From assembly GCF_003918875.1 (NCBI RefSeq), contig NW_025766559.1, positions 620,001 through 684,000 of the forward strand: DNA of 64,000 nucleotides. The letters are read 5' to 3'. This DNA is from Haliotis rubra (Eukaryota). The notes under the pieces are model-generated. The model did not search any database, was not told the DNA's origin, and saw nothing but the letters and a program-made list of their open reading frames with translations. Shown one piece after another: positions 38,547 to 51,784 of this stretch (position 1 is the stretch's first letter; each line of letters starts with the position of its first letter). The position numbers and the translations under genes are program-made.

Positions 38547-39709
38547 GATCTACACGATTTATTCCGAGGGACGGCCACGGGCTGTACGACTCAATTCAGG
38601 CTCATTTGCCTATCGCTTGTTTCAATAGGAAACACATTTGACCGGGTGAAACCTTGCATTGCCCTTTGGAAGTATGTTTACTGATATACATTCTGCGCCA
38701 TCTATATACCATCCAAGTATGTTCTTATGTAGACTGACACTTAGTCTCTGAAATGAACTTAAATTGATGTTCAAAAGAAAGTACTCATCTGGTGTTTTGG
38801 GACTATTTGAAAAATGTTGTGATTTTGACTGGCAACTTCGCAATTGGGCACGATATCTGTGGTATTTTGGCAACATATTAGGAAAGTCTGTGATTTATAT
38901 ATCACTATATAAACTCTTTTCAAAACATTTACGTCACTTTTTGGAAAGTAATCCAATAGCACCGGGTGTGTAGTTTCTTTTGTACGTCAGTGTTTTGTTT
39001 ACAGAATTAAAGGGTCATAGATAATCGTCAAAATGTATATGGAACAGGACCCCAGAAACTTATTCTAGACTTGCATTGGCTTTCTTGGATGTATTTGTTT
39101 CAGAAAGTTCTTATGTTACGGATTTTGAATCGAGAAGTTGTCAGTACGCGACCACTGCTAATGTTGATTGTTGTTAGTCATTTTATTGGTCGATCAAAGT
39201 TTGCGAAGGTTATCTTGACATAAGATGCCGGATGTAGAGGCTGCGTGCACAAAGATCTGAGTTTAATGAGATTAGGACCATCTTTCAAAGACGCTGGTGT
39301 GGTTGGAAAACGTCGACCTACTGCTCCGAGGGACACGTTCTGTCAACAAATCAATAATGTCAATAAATAGTAATGTTCAAATTAAAGTATCTTCAAACAC
39401 ATCATACATAATTCTATTTCACCTAATTGTTTTGGCGTGTTTGGTTTCTATATAGCGCATGTACGCCGTTTGTCCCTCTTCAAGTCTTAAGGGTTTTGTT
39501 ACACCATTCGTTGACCGGGACAAACAATCCAAGGGGTTGATGTTATGAGCGCTGAAGTGCAATGCCACCAAACCTATTAAGTTACCGAGCCTGAAAAATG
39601 TTTTCGTTTGTTTATTGTTTAACGCCGCACGCAGCTATATTCCAGCTATATGATGGCGATCTGTAAACAATTGAGTCTGGACCAGACAATCCAGTGATCT
39701 ACAATATGA

Positions 39710-40056
39710 GGTGAGGTGAGGTGAAACGCTGTGCTTGAGAATATTTCGCTCATATGACGACGTGCATGCGTGTGTATGTGTATGTGCGGCTGCTTGTACT
39801 AGCCCAGACTGAAACTGGTTTCATAGTGCTAGCCCACTGAGATACCATGCCGCAGTGAAGCATGAATACCCCACTCAGACACATTATACTGACTCCGAGC
39901 CGACCAGTCCTTGTTGTACCCATTAATGCCGAGCGCCAGGCAGGGACCAACAAGTACCACATTTTAACGTCTTTTGGTATGACGCGGTCGGGGATCGAAC
40001 CCGCGACCTTCCGCTCTCCGGGCAGACGCTCTTACCACTACACCACGGAGGCGGTC
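39710..40056 (-). mobile_element. MetaSINE-type tRNA SINE, full length
   Basis: A and B boxes; Meta-like GGTACTTGTTGGTCCCTGCCTGGCGCTCGGCATTAA; (CACCT)n tail; TSD TCTACAATATGA; nested in a family-B copy. Confidence 0.8.
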
Positions 40057-40711
40057 TACAATATGAACATCGATCAGAAAATAGCATTGATTCAGTCGCA
40101 TATTGTGTTGTGAACCAATTCCAGCTTTTAATCAACACTTTCGATGTATTTAGTCACAACGCAATGCCTCTAGGCTAGTTCTTGATTTAACTTCACGTAT
40201 GCCATGAGTAGAGGGCATTCTAAAAATTACCAGTAGCATTATACTAGTGTGTGTCAATATCACTATCTGTTCCTACTTTAAAGCGAGCTCCGACACGTAG
40301 CACTGTTAGACACGTGTTGTAAGGATCCGCTGAATCCAGTGTGAGAAATTTACGCTGGTCCTGTGGTCCCTGGCTAGTAACACTTCATCAGGGCCACTAA
40401 ATGGTAAGTTTGCAGTGGTCCTGGTGGCCAGTGAATTGTTTAAGTAAATCTACGAATGTTATTTCGGACCAGTGAAGTACAGACAGGACAATTAAGTATT
40501 GTCCACTCACTGGTAGTGTGGTCTAGTGGGAAATTATGACAGGTTTCTTTTCCTGTGAACCTGGGTTCGAATCCCAAATTCTCTCCGATTCCTATCCATG
40601 ACTGTCATTTCCATGGCCATGGGTTTCACGACAACAGAGATTACGTATGGGCCTAGGTGACGTTAACATATTACACATGGCCTCCCAAACATGAAACATT
40701 GTTGAATGCGA

Positions 40712-40881
40712 CTGACTGACTGACTGAGTTTAGTTTAACGCCGCTTTTAGCAATATTCCAGCAACATCACGGCGGGGGACACCAGAAATGGGCTTCACAC
40801 ATTGTGCCCATGTGGGGAATCGAACCCGGGTCTTCGGCGTGACGAGCCAACGCTTTAACCACTGGGCTACCCCACCGCCCC
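40712..40881 (-). mobile_element. SINE family A, young
   Basis: TSD TTGTTGAATGCGA. Confidence 0.92.
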
Positions 40882-41312
40882 TTGTTGAATGCGAAACCTC
40901 CCAGTCTCTCTTCTGTCATATTTTGCTGCAAACTCAAAGCCATATAGCCCGAGGCACAATCTTCATTTTCCGGGAAATATTTTATGGTCATTTTCAGCCA
41001 TACATGATGCAGTAAAAGATTACCTGACAAACGAGACAATTGAATTATAAAAACGAAAAGGAAAAATCGAAAAATGCCTCACATTAAAAAGCTCTCGTAA
41101 ACTAGGACATAAAATGACAGAAATAGACTATAGAAGCCTTTAAAGTTGTATGTTTGTGATACCACTAAGATCGTTTAGTCGACAAGGACTTTGTTATGGG
41201 AACGTTGACATTTCCTTTACATCTGTCATGTCCCGTAGTAACCGCAGGGTAGTGTGTTAAATCGTTATTGCGATAAGCCGATACATGAGTGTCCATACCT
41301 ACAATATATCAC

Positions 41313-41508
41313 ATAGTCTGTCTCACAGTCCCTGTACATTATTTTCCCTACTGCCTAGCCCTTCTTGCTATGCTAAAGCCCTAAATGAATCAAATCTAGA
41401 TTTCATCCGGTTCTTAATCTTCCATCTCACTGAGTCTCCTTTTCAATTTAAATTGGATTATTTGTATTAATCAAAAATATATATTCTCAGAGACTAAGTG
41501 TTAGTCTA
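41313..41508 (+). repeat. Unclassified repeat with TAGTCT/AGACTA termini (other copies at 31897-32046, 32334-32728, and split around the Tc1 at 60533-62215)
   Basis: Shared ATGCTAAAGCCCTAAATGAA.CAA.TCTAGATTTC core and AGACTAAG.GTTAGTCTA hairpin. Confidence 0.7.
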
Positions 41509-42960
41509 TATATCACCACACGAAGCCTCAGCCTTCACCGGGAATGACCTAGGGGATTTTTGCTTTGTGCAGTAGTTCGGTTTCTGATTATACTGGGAGG
41601 TAACTCACCTCTGACGTCCGTCAGCCGTGCCTTCTTATCAGGTTGTTTGTCACAATCGGTTTAAACTCTGTTTCCAATAATTCACATATCGATAACAGAT
41701 TTGCAGTTTAACACCCAGTCAGCGATATTCAAGTCACATGATCACTATACGGGCAACACTCCCCTTTTGGACCAGACAAACCGGTGGTTAATGTTATGAG
41801 CACTGACAGCGAGTTCGGGTTCAATGACAAGCAATGAACCAATTCACCACCCGTCGTTGGCCCTTTTAAGAAACATGGAAATCTACTTTGGTCCGGAATG
41901 ACATTGATAAGGTCTGGTGAGCAAGGAATCCTGGGAATGCCCAAAACATAACTGCTACAATACCTGTAGATATGAATATAAAAAGCTCACATCTACTCGA
42001 CAAAGATTCTTTCCACGTCGCTTCACATTGGAAATCTGTTCCTGTAAATTAACACTGCCGTGACTGTGGATCCATTATGACTTGGTCTGCCCAGTTGGCC
42101 GTTAAGTTATCATAGAAGTATCAGCTGCTCAAACCATTTGAAAATAATGACATACCCTGTCCTGTAGTATACAACGGGATCTTTGTGGGGATACCACAGT
42201 CCGATTAAACTCAAATGTCTGCGCGTCGTGGCCTACATTTGTGAATGAACACGCTGTCAGAAACCCGACTCCTTGTAATCGCGCTAAAATGCTATTTTTA
42301 TGGTACAATGTCTGTCCTTCACAGGTCATGTACTCGTGCGCGCTGTTTTTTGTCAACAAAACAAACTCACACACGTACACGCATATAGCAGCTATGTCGG
42401 ATCTGTGAAGGGTGGTTTACATATCTGACAAGTTATTATTCATAGCTACGCTTCAATATTCAATGTACAGGCCGTGAGGAAGGTACACTCGGATACACGT
42501 ATAGGTAAGGTATATACTTACTACATATATGAGTGTGTACATTTCAGTGCTGTTCTTGCGGTGGCTTACAGTGTTTTTGAGCTAGCCTACTTGCATTCTA
42601 CAGCTATCCAGGAAATGTGAACGGAGTGGTTTTATGATTTGTGATATGCCCACACTTATAAATGAATATACTTGTTTGATAACGCATTCTATTGAGTGAA
42701 TGTGTATTGGGTATCTCTGGATAGGACGCCACTGGAAGAATAGTCTGGCGTGATGTATAAGGGCTACTGGAATCAGTTTGTTGATAGGAGGGTAAAAAAC
42801 ATGTCTGTATGTCTTCCCTCTGTATTTTACAGTGTCAACACTTTTGAGGGATTTGGTATGTTTGCTTTACACGTATGCCCAAGGCTGCAATGTATATTTG
42901 TACTACGTCGTGTAAACATATGTGTCAGCTCAGATGAACCGGTGGGTGATATTATGAGGC

Positions 42961-43223
42961 ACCCGTGAAGATCAGGGTTACAATTGGTCTTCACTAACCC
43001 ATGCTTGTCGTAAGAGGCGACTAACGGTATCGGGTGGTCAGGCTCGCTGACTTGGTTGACACATGTCATCGTATCCCAATTGCGTAGATCTATGCTCATA
43101 CTGTTGATCACTGGTTTGTATGGTCCAGACTCGATTATTTACAGATAGGCACTATATAGAGGGAATATTTGCTGAGTGCGGCGTTAAACAACAAACAAAC
43201 AAACAAACAAACAAACAAACAAA
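42961..43223 (+). mobile_element. SINE-like family B
   Basis: (AAAC)n tail. Confidence 0.9.
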
Positions 43224-44084
43224 CGTCTATACGGAATCCAGTACCCGAGTCCAACCTTCCGATGTATTTCGTTGCCGCTAACAAGTATAACTGCTATAGA
43301 TTTCTTATAAGACACGAGAGATTTATTAAAGGGAACAGTGACCGTGTTATTGTAGTCAGCTTTACAGTAACGAGATAGTGCTTATATCCCAAGGTAGAGG
43401 TTTTAATTTCATGAATAAACATATGCACTGCTGAAATAAACAGGACGAGAAGACATTTACGGGAATCGTGTGTTTTAACGGGCCGTTAATACGATTCTGA
43501 AATGACATTGACGTGTGCACTATAGTTTTAATGTTCTTGTCTGGGTATCAGATACTTTAAACACCTTACCGTGATTTGCCATCTATACAAGGGAAATAAA
43601 GGACAGAAATAAAGGGTATGTGCCTGTGATGTGTATACCTACACAAACATATATTGCCACGTTCTTTTGGGGATGAAGAAAGCATCTACACATGTTACAT
43701 CATGCGGGGTAACTGTGTACGTGACAGGTACGTTACACATGCTTAACTTCTTGCGTCATTAACTTCAGAACTATAGGTGTGTGGATGGGGTGCGACGTCA
43801 ATGAGGCTGGCTTGTGTTAACGGATTATAAATTGTACTGGGCTGTATGGTTTAGCTCGGAGTATATTACACGCCTTTCAGGTAAGATATATACTGTGTTG
43901 TTTGCCTGTAGGTGCGTTGTGTTTGCGCGGATTTTGACCTTAACGTGGAGTTATTCTTTCGAGTTTGACCTTCAGAGCAAACATTTTGAAACCATGTGTA
44001 TCATCGCTCCATTGTGACTGTTACAATCCCTAGTTTTTTTGTTATAGTTTTGAACTTCCTCCTTTGAGAGTTGGAGTAGTAAGG

Positions 44085-44240
44085 AAGTAGAAGAATATAT
44101 GAATGAACAACTTCATTACAATACGACGTTTCGGTGTAGCTCTAACGCTGTTCATCACATGCTTGATAACGATGTTAGAACCCACAATGAAACGTCTCTC
44201 CCTGTTCAAATAAACCAGTTGTTCATCCTTATATTCCTAG
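44085..44240. mobile_element. Penelope-like inverted terminal-repeat remnant with hammerhead-like motif
   Basis: Imperfect palindrome; each arm has TGAT(A/G)A-stem-GAAACGTC. Related pieces at 18025-18055, 34480-34590 and 59891-59961. Confidence 0.5.
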
Positions 44241-45903
44241 CCTTCCTTTAACTTCCTCTCTGTCCAGGGCAATCATTAACACATGTAAGAATTACAAATT
44301 GAACTAGTAGACGAAGGGCTATATCTGAATCCAGTATGCTGAGAATGCAGTTTAGCCGAGTCACCTTCGTGTCCCCTTCTATTTCAAGGCTTTCTGTGTC
44401 GGAAATGTTTACTTTAAAGGCCTTACGGTCCAGGAGCATGTGGCAATACATGTAGTTTGTAGATGTGTAGCTTATAAAATATGCATGCTCACTGGACAAC
44501 AGAGGCAAGTGCTTCATTATTGAGCTAACAGTATATGACGTCTTCCGTTGTTTATGACGTCATTAATTGATAACGTCATCTGAACAATTAGCTTCTTCTG
44601 TCAAGTTTAGGGTTGACACTGCTTGCATTTTGTTTTAATTCTTCCTCTTCAGAAACTACGATTCTGAGATGCTTTGCTTAAAGATCAAAGGCGCCAACAG
44701 TACCTTATCAGGCGAAAAATCACCCGCATTGCGTTACGTAACATTGTTTGACGTCATTACGCCATTTTGGTCTGCAGCGTCGTATTCAAACGTACGCTTG
44801 GTAACCGACGTCACGATGTCAGTTGTCATTTTCAAGCACAGTCTTCTACAGTACAACTAACAGTAAAGTTTTGTCTTGAACTATTATAGTTAAAGCACGA
44901 ATAGCGTTCTTGACACCGTAAATGTATTATACTACTCACACTTTGCTAGGGATCACAAAAATTCACAACTTTACTTAAACGTAGATTCATAATTTGAAAT
45001 TGTATCCATTTAAAACTGGATAAATAATAATATGGTAACCCCTCTTCAGGCAAACACTCACTTTAATCTAACCTTATGCACCTGATACATAACCCATAAA
45101 AACTGTTTTCATGCACAGCCAGCCATTTTGCAAATGATGGAACGAGTCACTGACAAGTACACAACACCTGTCAATAGCAGGTATGGGTTCCACAAGATGA
45201 AATGACTAACTGAAACCTCGGATCCATGCTTACGATAAGCTTAGATATTAAAACCAAATTTGATCCCACATCATAGTTTTCTGTTGAATCCACGATTTGA
45301 TCCTCAGCAAAATGTGAATAGTATATATAAGAGCATCGACATAGGCTTGGAATCGTACATTCACCCGGGTCAGATATTGCGTAATTCCTTGTTGGTTTAT
45401 TCTCGACATATCAGCCACTTCGGCAAAATCGCAGCGAAAGCTTTGAGAGGACACTGATGTTGAGCGACGTGAACGGTTACAAAGGCCTTCATTTTAACAG
45501 GGATATCTAACCGCGGCCGCTACACTCCCTGCTCTGCCGGTTGCGACGTGACGCAGGTTTTTTTCGTGACCTTGACGTCTGAGGTATGTAACCGTGATTG
45601 AACGTCCTACCTGATAAGTTACCGAGATATCAAGGTGAAACCGCTTGTCACATTCTGAACGTTGGTCGTGGAAACTGGTACAACAGGTAACCTTTCCTGT
45701 ATTTTTTAATGAAGGTTGTCTGTCGTTGTACGGCCTTTATATTATCATGGCTATTACTTTATATGTAATTTGAATGTGGTAATTCTAATATATTAACTAG
45801 ACTTTTTGGTAAATAACTGGACTAAGCCAGTAAAACTTGATAATGGTCGTGGGAATGTTGACATGATTTGTTTTATCGGTTTTGACATATTTCTGACTAA
45901 TGT

Positions 45904-45958
45904 CTGACTGGTTTGGTTTTACGCCGCTTTTAGCAATAGTCCAGCAACATCACGGCGG
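45904..45958 (-). mobile_element. 5'-truncated SINE family A tail
   Basis: TSD CTGACTAATGT. Confidence 0.75.
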
Positions 45959-46834
45959 CTGACTAATGTGAACAGAATAGAGTTTGTTATATGTTATACA
46001 TTGTGGCAGCTCTGTTAATAGAAACGTATTGACAACAGCTTCTCTATTATTATCATGACCTGTAGCCGTCATGGGTGATACTGTAATTGACCTAGCTCAG
46101 AGACTGGCCGGTTGACCACGGATACAGTTTTACGATACAGGGCAGCCTGACAGTAAATATATATTTAGAATGCTTTGTGTTAATCATGACCCTTTACTTC
46201 TGAAAATAACTGGGTAGGTAGATTGACTAACAATGTTGCCTGGCCTTCCTTTCTTCCTTCCTGACTGACTCACTCACTCAGACTTAAAAGTTGCTCAGTG
46301 ATAAATATTTAGTTTCAGTTAACGTACGTTCAATTTGGAAGCATTCCGTGCAACCGCCAGGGTCGAATGTTAACCTACATTACTAGATTTACTTCCTCAT
46401 TGGAGCTATTGCCCTGATAGATTACGGGGAACAAGCAAAAACCGGTATCCGGTCGAGAGTATGACCACCATAAATTTGCCCCGATCTGTCACAAGCTGTG
46501 ACGTCCTTAAGGAACTCACATGGCTAACTTGTCAGGAAACTGCGTTGATGTGCATTGTACGCAATCGGTAACTAGTTATGTTTTGCTAGGCTGTCATGAA
46601 CAGCATTGCCTCAGGTAGAAACATGTTAATTGAATTAACATTTCGTGGATCTGTTTTCTGAGGTACATAGTATTTGATGGCGGTATGTTTATGGTATCCA
46701 TAGCCTCGTATACCGAATACCGGGTTTGGTTTCTCCCCACCTATGTTGGCTGAAATCGGCTCGGATAATCGGGCTTTGTGACTTTGGTCACAGTGTCTCA
46801 TTATAACCCGATGGATCGATGCTTATAACATCAG

Positions 46835-47244
46835 GGGGCGGTGGGGTAGCCTAATGGTTAAAGCGTTGGTTCGTCATGCCGAAGACCCGGGTTCGAATCC
46901 CCACATGGGTACAATGTGTGAAGCCCATTTCTGGTGTCCCCCGCCGTGATGTTGCTGAAATATTGCTAAAAGCGGCGTAAAACTAAACTCAGTCAGTCAG
47001 TCAGTCAGTCATAACATCAGTCACTGAAATTTGTCAGCTTCAGACGCGAGTATGTACAGGTTGTCTTCATACACAATGTAGCTGGGCGGCGGGTAGCCCA
47101 GTAGTTAAAGCGTTCGCTCATCACGTCGAGGACCCGGGATCGACTCCACACATTGCTACAATGTGTGAAGCCCATTTCTGGTGTCCTCCGCCCTGATATT
47201 GCTGGAATATTGCTAAAAGCTCTGTGAAACTAATCTCACTCATT
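46835..47244 (+). mobile_element. Two SINE family A copies (46835-47010, 47084-47244)
   Basis: The first has TSD ATAACATCAG. Confidence 0.9.
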
Positions 47245-47289
47245 CATAATGTAGTTTGATTACTGAGTTTTTCTTCAGCACCAAACCAC

Positions 47290-47534
47290 ACCCGCGAAGA
47301 TCCGGGTTAGAATTGATCTTCAGTAACCCATGCTTGTGGTAAGAGGCAACTAACGGGATCGGGGGGTCAGGCTCGCTGACTTGGTTGGCACATGTCATCG
47401 TATCCCAATCGCGTAGATCTATGCTCATGCTGTTGATCACTGGATTGTCTGGTCCAGACTCGATCATTTGCAGACCGCCGCCATACAGCTGGAATATTGC
47501 TGAGTTCGGCGTAAAACTAAACTCACTCACTCAC
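47290..47534 (+). mobile_element. SINE-like family B
   Basis: (ACTC)n tail ending ~40 bp before the P450 acceptor. Confidence 0.9.
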
Positions 47535-47601
47535 CCATATTGGCGAGCGACTAAAATGACCATCTCCTTGCAGATTCCACTGTTGACCCAGGACTGGTGA
47601 C

Positions 47602-48013
47602 ATGGAGTTGATCCTCGTTGGAGTGGCAACATGTGTTCTTGCCGCTTCTTTGAAATACCTCTTCTGGGGGAAGAAGACCAACCTTCCCCCGGGTCCTTCA
47701 GGTCTTCCAATCATTGGCAACTTTCACCAGATTGACATTGTGCGCCTTCACCACAGTGTCGAGAAATTCAGAAAAAGGTTCAATGGCATATTCCGTCTGA
47801 ACGTCTTTGGTTGTAACATAGTTGTGATTGACTCGTATGACCTGATGAAAGAAGCTTTTGCATCCTCAACTCTGGCGGACGTGTTTGCAGAGAGACCACC
47901 AATATTCCCAGCACAATATATCCTGCCAAGTGACATCATCTTCCAGCCTTACACTCGGAAGGTAGTCGAGTTCCGGAAAATTCTACACCAAGTTATACGG
48001 GCTCATGGAAGCG
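47602..48013 (+). CDS. Cytochrome P450 (clan 2-like), first coding exon
   Basis: N-terminal membrane anchor followed by PPGPSGLPIIGN, and FAERP. G|GTGAGT donor, phase 1. An upstream acceptor CTCCTTGCAG at 47573 implies a 5'UTR exon. Confidence 0.93.
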
Positions 48014-48041
48014 GTGAGTGCTTACAATAAGAGATTAAACG

Positions 48042-48198
48042 NNNNNNNNNNNNNNNNNNNNNNNNNNNNNNNNNNNNNNNNNNNNNNNNNNNNNNNNNNN
48101 NNNNNNNNNNNNNNNNNNNNNNNNNNNNNNNNNNNNNNNNNNNNNNNNNNNNNNNNNNNNNNNNNNNNNNNNNNNNNNNNNNNNNNNNNNNNNNNNNN
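48042..48198. other. Assembly gap
   Basis: N run. Confidence 1.
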
Positions 48199-48825
48199 TT
48201 TTAGCAATATTACACCAACATCACGGCAGGGGAGACCAGAAATGGGCTCACACATTGCCCCCATGTTGGGAATCGAACCCGGATCCTCGGCGTGACGAGC
48301 GAACGCTTTGACCACCAGGCTATCCTACATGGTCATGTAAGTTAAGTAATACAGTAACTACGGTTATAACGAACTGGGGCGGTGGGGTAGCCCAGTGGTT
48401 AAAGAGTTCGCTCGTCACGCCGGACCCGGGTTCGACTCCCCCACATTGGTACAATGTGTGAAGTCGATTTTCGGTGTCCGACGCCGTGATATTGCTGAAA
48501 TATCCCTAAAACCGGCGGAAACTCAGATTACTCACTCACTTTATGCATTTACTAATTGTACTCATTTCGGCCACAATATACAGAAAGTGACTGGGACGAA
48601 AACTTATGAAACGTGAAAAAGTTAGATTTAATATTTTGAGCTGTTCAAATTTTCAATTCGTATGAGTGAGTGAGTTTAGTTTTACGCCGCTTTTAGCAAA
48701 TATTCCAGCAATATCACGGCGGGGGACACCAGATATGAGCTTCACACATTGTACCCATGTGGGGAATCGAACCCGGGTCTTCGGCGTGACGAGCGAACGC
48801 TTCCATTAGGCTACCCCACCGACCC
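48199..48825. mobile_element. Three SINE family A copies (48199-48325 -, 48376-48540 +, 48663-48825 -)
   Basis: Consensus matches in the first coding intron of the P450. Confidence 0.88.
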
Positions 48826-49670
48826 TTCAATTTGAAGTTTTAAAGTTCTAATTAGATTTTTTATGAAAATTCAATGAGATCGATCTTCAGCCAATTTAAC
48901 CTTCCGATCGAGCATCTTCCCATTTGCATCTTAACGTGGAGTTAGATATGTGCTTAAAAATATCACAGTGTAACATGATTATATCTGACTTGTCTGCCTG
49001 TAATTGTTGCCATGACTTCTTGTGTTATATTCAGTCTATATTAATACACAATCAGCACATGTCCTTTTTAAGGCATGCTTCTTCATAGATGATATACACA
49101 GAGGGTTCACTCTCACTTAGACACAGTCTTCCTCAAAAGGTCTTGTTAAGACAACATTGCACTCTGGCTATGTGAGAGATCTGTTTTGACAGAATCTGGC
49201 TAAGTGAGAGGCCACCACACTTCGTTTGGGTCGCAGAAGATTGAGATGGAACATTTGATACGCATGTTCATATATAGTTTTCGTGATTAAGTGTTAGGGC
49301 ACACCCACGTAGGGTCATTTCTGTGTTAGGTTCCAGCTGTCTCGGACACTGCTGCTTTAATGATCTCACATGTGTCCGACTCTTATCAAAATGTGAAATT
49401 AATACTAACAGTTGACGCGTTTATCATACTGAGTGAGTGTCGACCTCACAATGTGTCTGGTGAGATGTTCCGGCTATCTTTTGAGTGTGATACCGACTAT
49501 TTGATATTCTGATACGGTATGGGAAGGATAAATGCCAGATAAAACTAATTTGATTTTGGGTTTTTCAGCGAAACACATTGTGAGGGATGCTGGATTGGAT
49601 CACTCAGACACACGGCAACCACACACACGCACGCACGCACGCACGCACGCCAAAAATACTCATGCACACA

Positions 49671-49875
49671 NNNNNNNNNNNNNNNNNNNNNNNNNNNNNN
49701 NNNNNNNNNNNNNNNNNNNNNNNNNNNNNNNNNNNNNNNNNNNNNNNNNNNNNNNNNNNNNNNNNNNNNNNNNNNNNNNNNNNNNNNNNNNNNNNNNNNN
49801 NNNNNNNNNNNNNNNNNNNNNNNNNNNNNNNNNNNNNNNNNNNNNNNNNNNNNNNNNNNNNNNNNNNNNNNNNNN
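49671..49875. other. Assembly gap
   Basis: N run. Confidence 1.
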
Positions 49876-49983
49876 TACAAGTAGATTCTTAGAGTTTTAT
49901 TTCAGTTGGGGCATTGCGTATCAGGATCTGCAGATCTTGGGTTTGAACACACTGTGGGCTATTAGCATCATGTTAGTCCATGT

Positions 49984-50197
49984 AAACATTTTGTGCACTG
50001 GTCAGTTTTCAAACATTTTGTGAACTGGTCCATTTTCAAACATTTTGTGAACAGGTCAGTTTGCAAACATTTTGTGAACTGGTCAATTTTCAAACATTTT
50101 GTGCACTGGTCAATTTTCAAACATTTTGTGAACAGGTCAATTTCAAACATTTTGTGACCTGGTCAATTTTCAAACATTTTGTGAACTGGTCAATTTT
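49984..50197. repeat. 27-bp minisatellite, ~8 copies
   Basis: Unit AAACATTTTGTGAACTGGTCAATTTTC. Confidence 0.93.
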
Positions 50198-50276
50198 CTC
50201 AACAGAAGTGTAAGAGCTTCAATGTTTAAAAATGGTGTGAAACTCAAATAACTGAATTTCTGCTTTCACATTCAAG

Positions 50277-50407
50277 AGTCCACATCTCGAGACACCATCT
50301 ACGGGGAGATCAACCATCTGATAGAAAGACTCCAAGCACACGGCACTGATAGCTTTGATCCTAAACAGGACATTTACATCTATGTCGCCAACACCTTGTT
50401 AACGCTT
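50277..50407 (+). CDS. Cytochrome P450, coding exon 2
   Basis: Not in the ORF track. AG acceptor, phase 1 to 0; ESTSRDTIYGEINHLIERLQAHGTDSFDPKQDIYIYVANTLLTL (D/E helices); GTGAGT donor. Confidence 0.85.
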
Positions 50408-51784
50408 GTGAGTACAGACTGCCATCTTACTGTTTGTTTCTTTGTCCGTTTCCATGTAACTAACCTGTCGGGCACGGGATACCAAACATGTTACATTCTG
50501 GCTGAAAATAAGAAAAGAAATGGTATATTGGTACGTAGCTGAAATATCGTTATTACTTTGATGATGTTTAATTCGTTGAAACCACCTCAGTTTGCGTCCC
50601 GTAATGCTGTATCCCAATTCCTGATACTTGTTGGATCTGCCCACTTCCTTCCTCGATTAACAAGGGTACTGTGTATCTATCCTCTTGCGATAAATAACCC
50701 TTGAACATTCATACAAGTGACTTCGCTGTAACTGTCTCAAGCAATTTATGTTAAATTCAATTATGAAGAAAAGAAATTTGAATTTGTGTTCTTATAAATA
50801 TCCTCAGTATCGTTCGTGTTGCTAAGTTTCAGCAATCAGCTGTTGTATTTGTGTAGTCTTGACAAAGAGCATGGAACTAGATACTGTTTTCACTTTCCAA
50901 GAACCTCTCAAACTATCCTGTACAATCTGACAGGGCTTGAAAGGACAACCGCGATAGCCTTGGAAAACATGGGCCAGGATGGTCACACATATGAGCCTTA
51001 AGATCCAAAGAAAATGGGGACTGCATTATTATCAATCTGATTGTGCGTCACCACAGACGCCGTCGTCCTCTTGCTGCCACTCACTCACTCACTCACTCAC
51101 TCATTCACTCATAACAACTATGATGTGAATACAAACACACTCACATATACACACACATACATATAAGTTATATGTACAGTTCACATATACGCACGGATGG
51201 AGACACATACATGTATACATATAGTCCTACAGACAAACAGAATGTTCAGCTAACAGGAACATACTGACTTACAAAAATCAATAGGGCTCACTATTCCGCG
51301 GCGTTCAGACGCAGGTGGATTCCCACACAGAGCCGATTCAAGTCTGGCACATGAGAACACAAGTATTTTTCTGTATGACTTGGCTGTTTTTTCGGCTGGC
51401 TGTTGATTGTTGTGACCCCAGTGTGAGACTCACTTACACTATTGACAATGCTCGCGGGGTAGTTGATTCGACGTACCTTGTTCACTGGAGAGGAATTCGT
51501 TGGAGTTCCACCTTCCCACGGCGGAGTGTTTACTGTTCAAATAGACAACGTGGATTTAGTCTCGCGTTGCGTGGTTGTTAGTGCCTGTGTGAGTGCTATC
51601 TGTGAATACGGCTATCTGTGAATGCGGCCGTGCACTCCTATACAGGTAGAGGTCCAACGTCTGTTCAGAAACAGAATTGGACCCATATATACGTTGGTAT
51701 AGAAAGAACATGGATATACATGCATGCATGAATGTGTACACCCTGTACGCAAATATGCGCACGTACGCACACGTACAGTAATGG

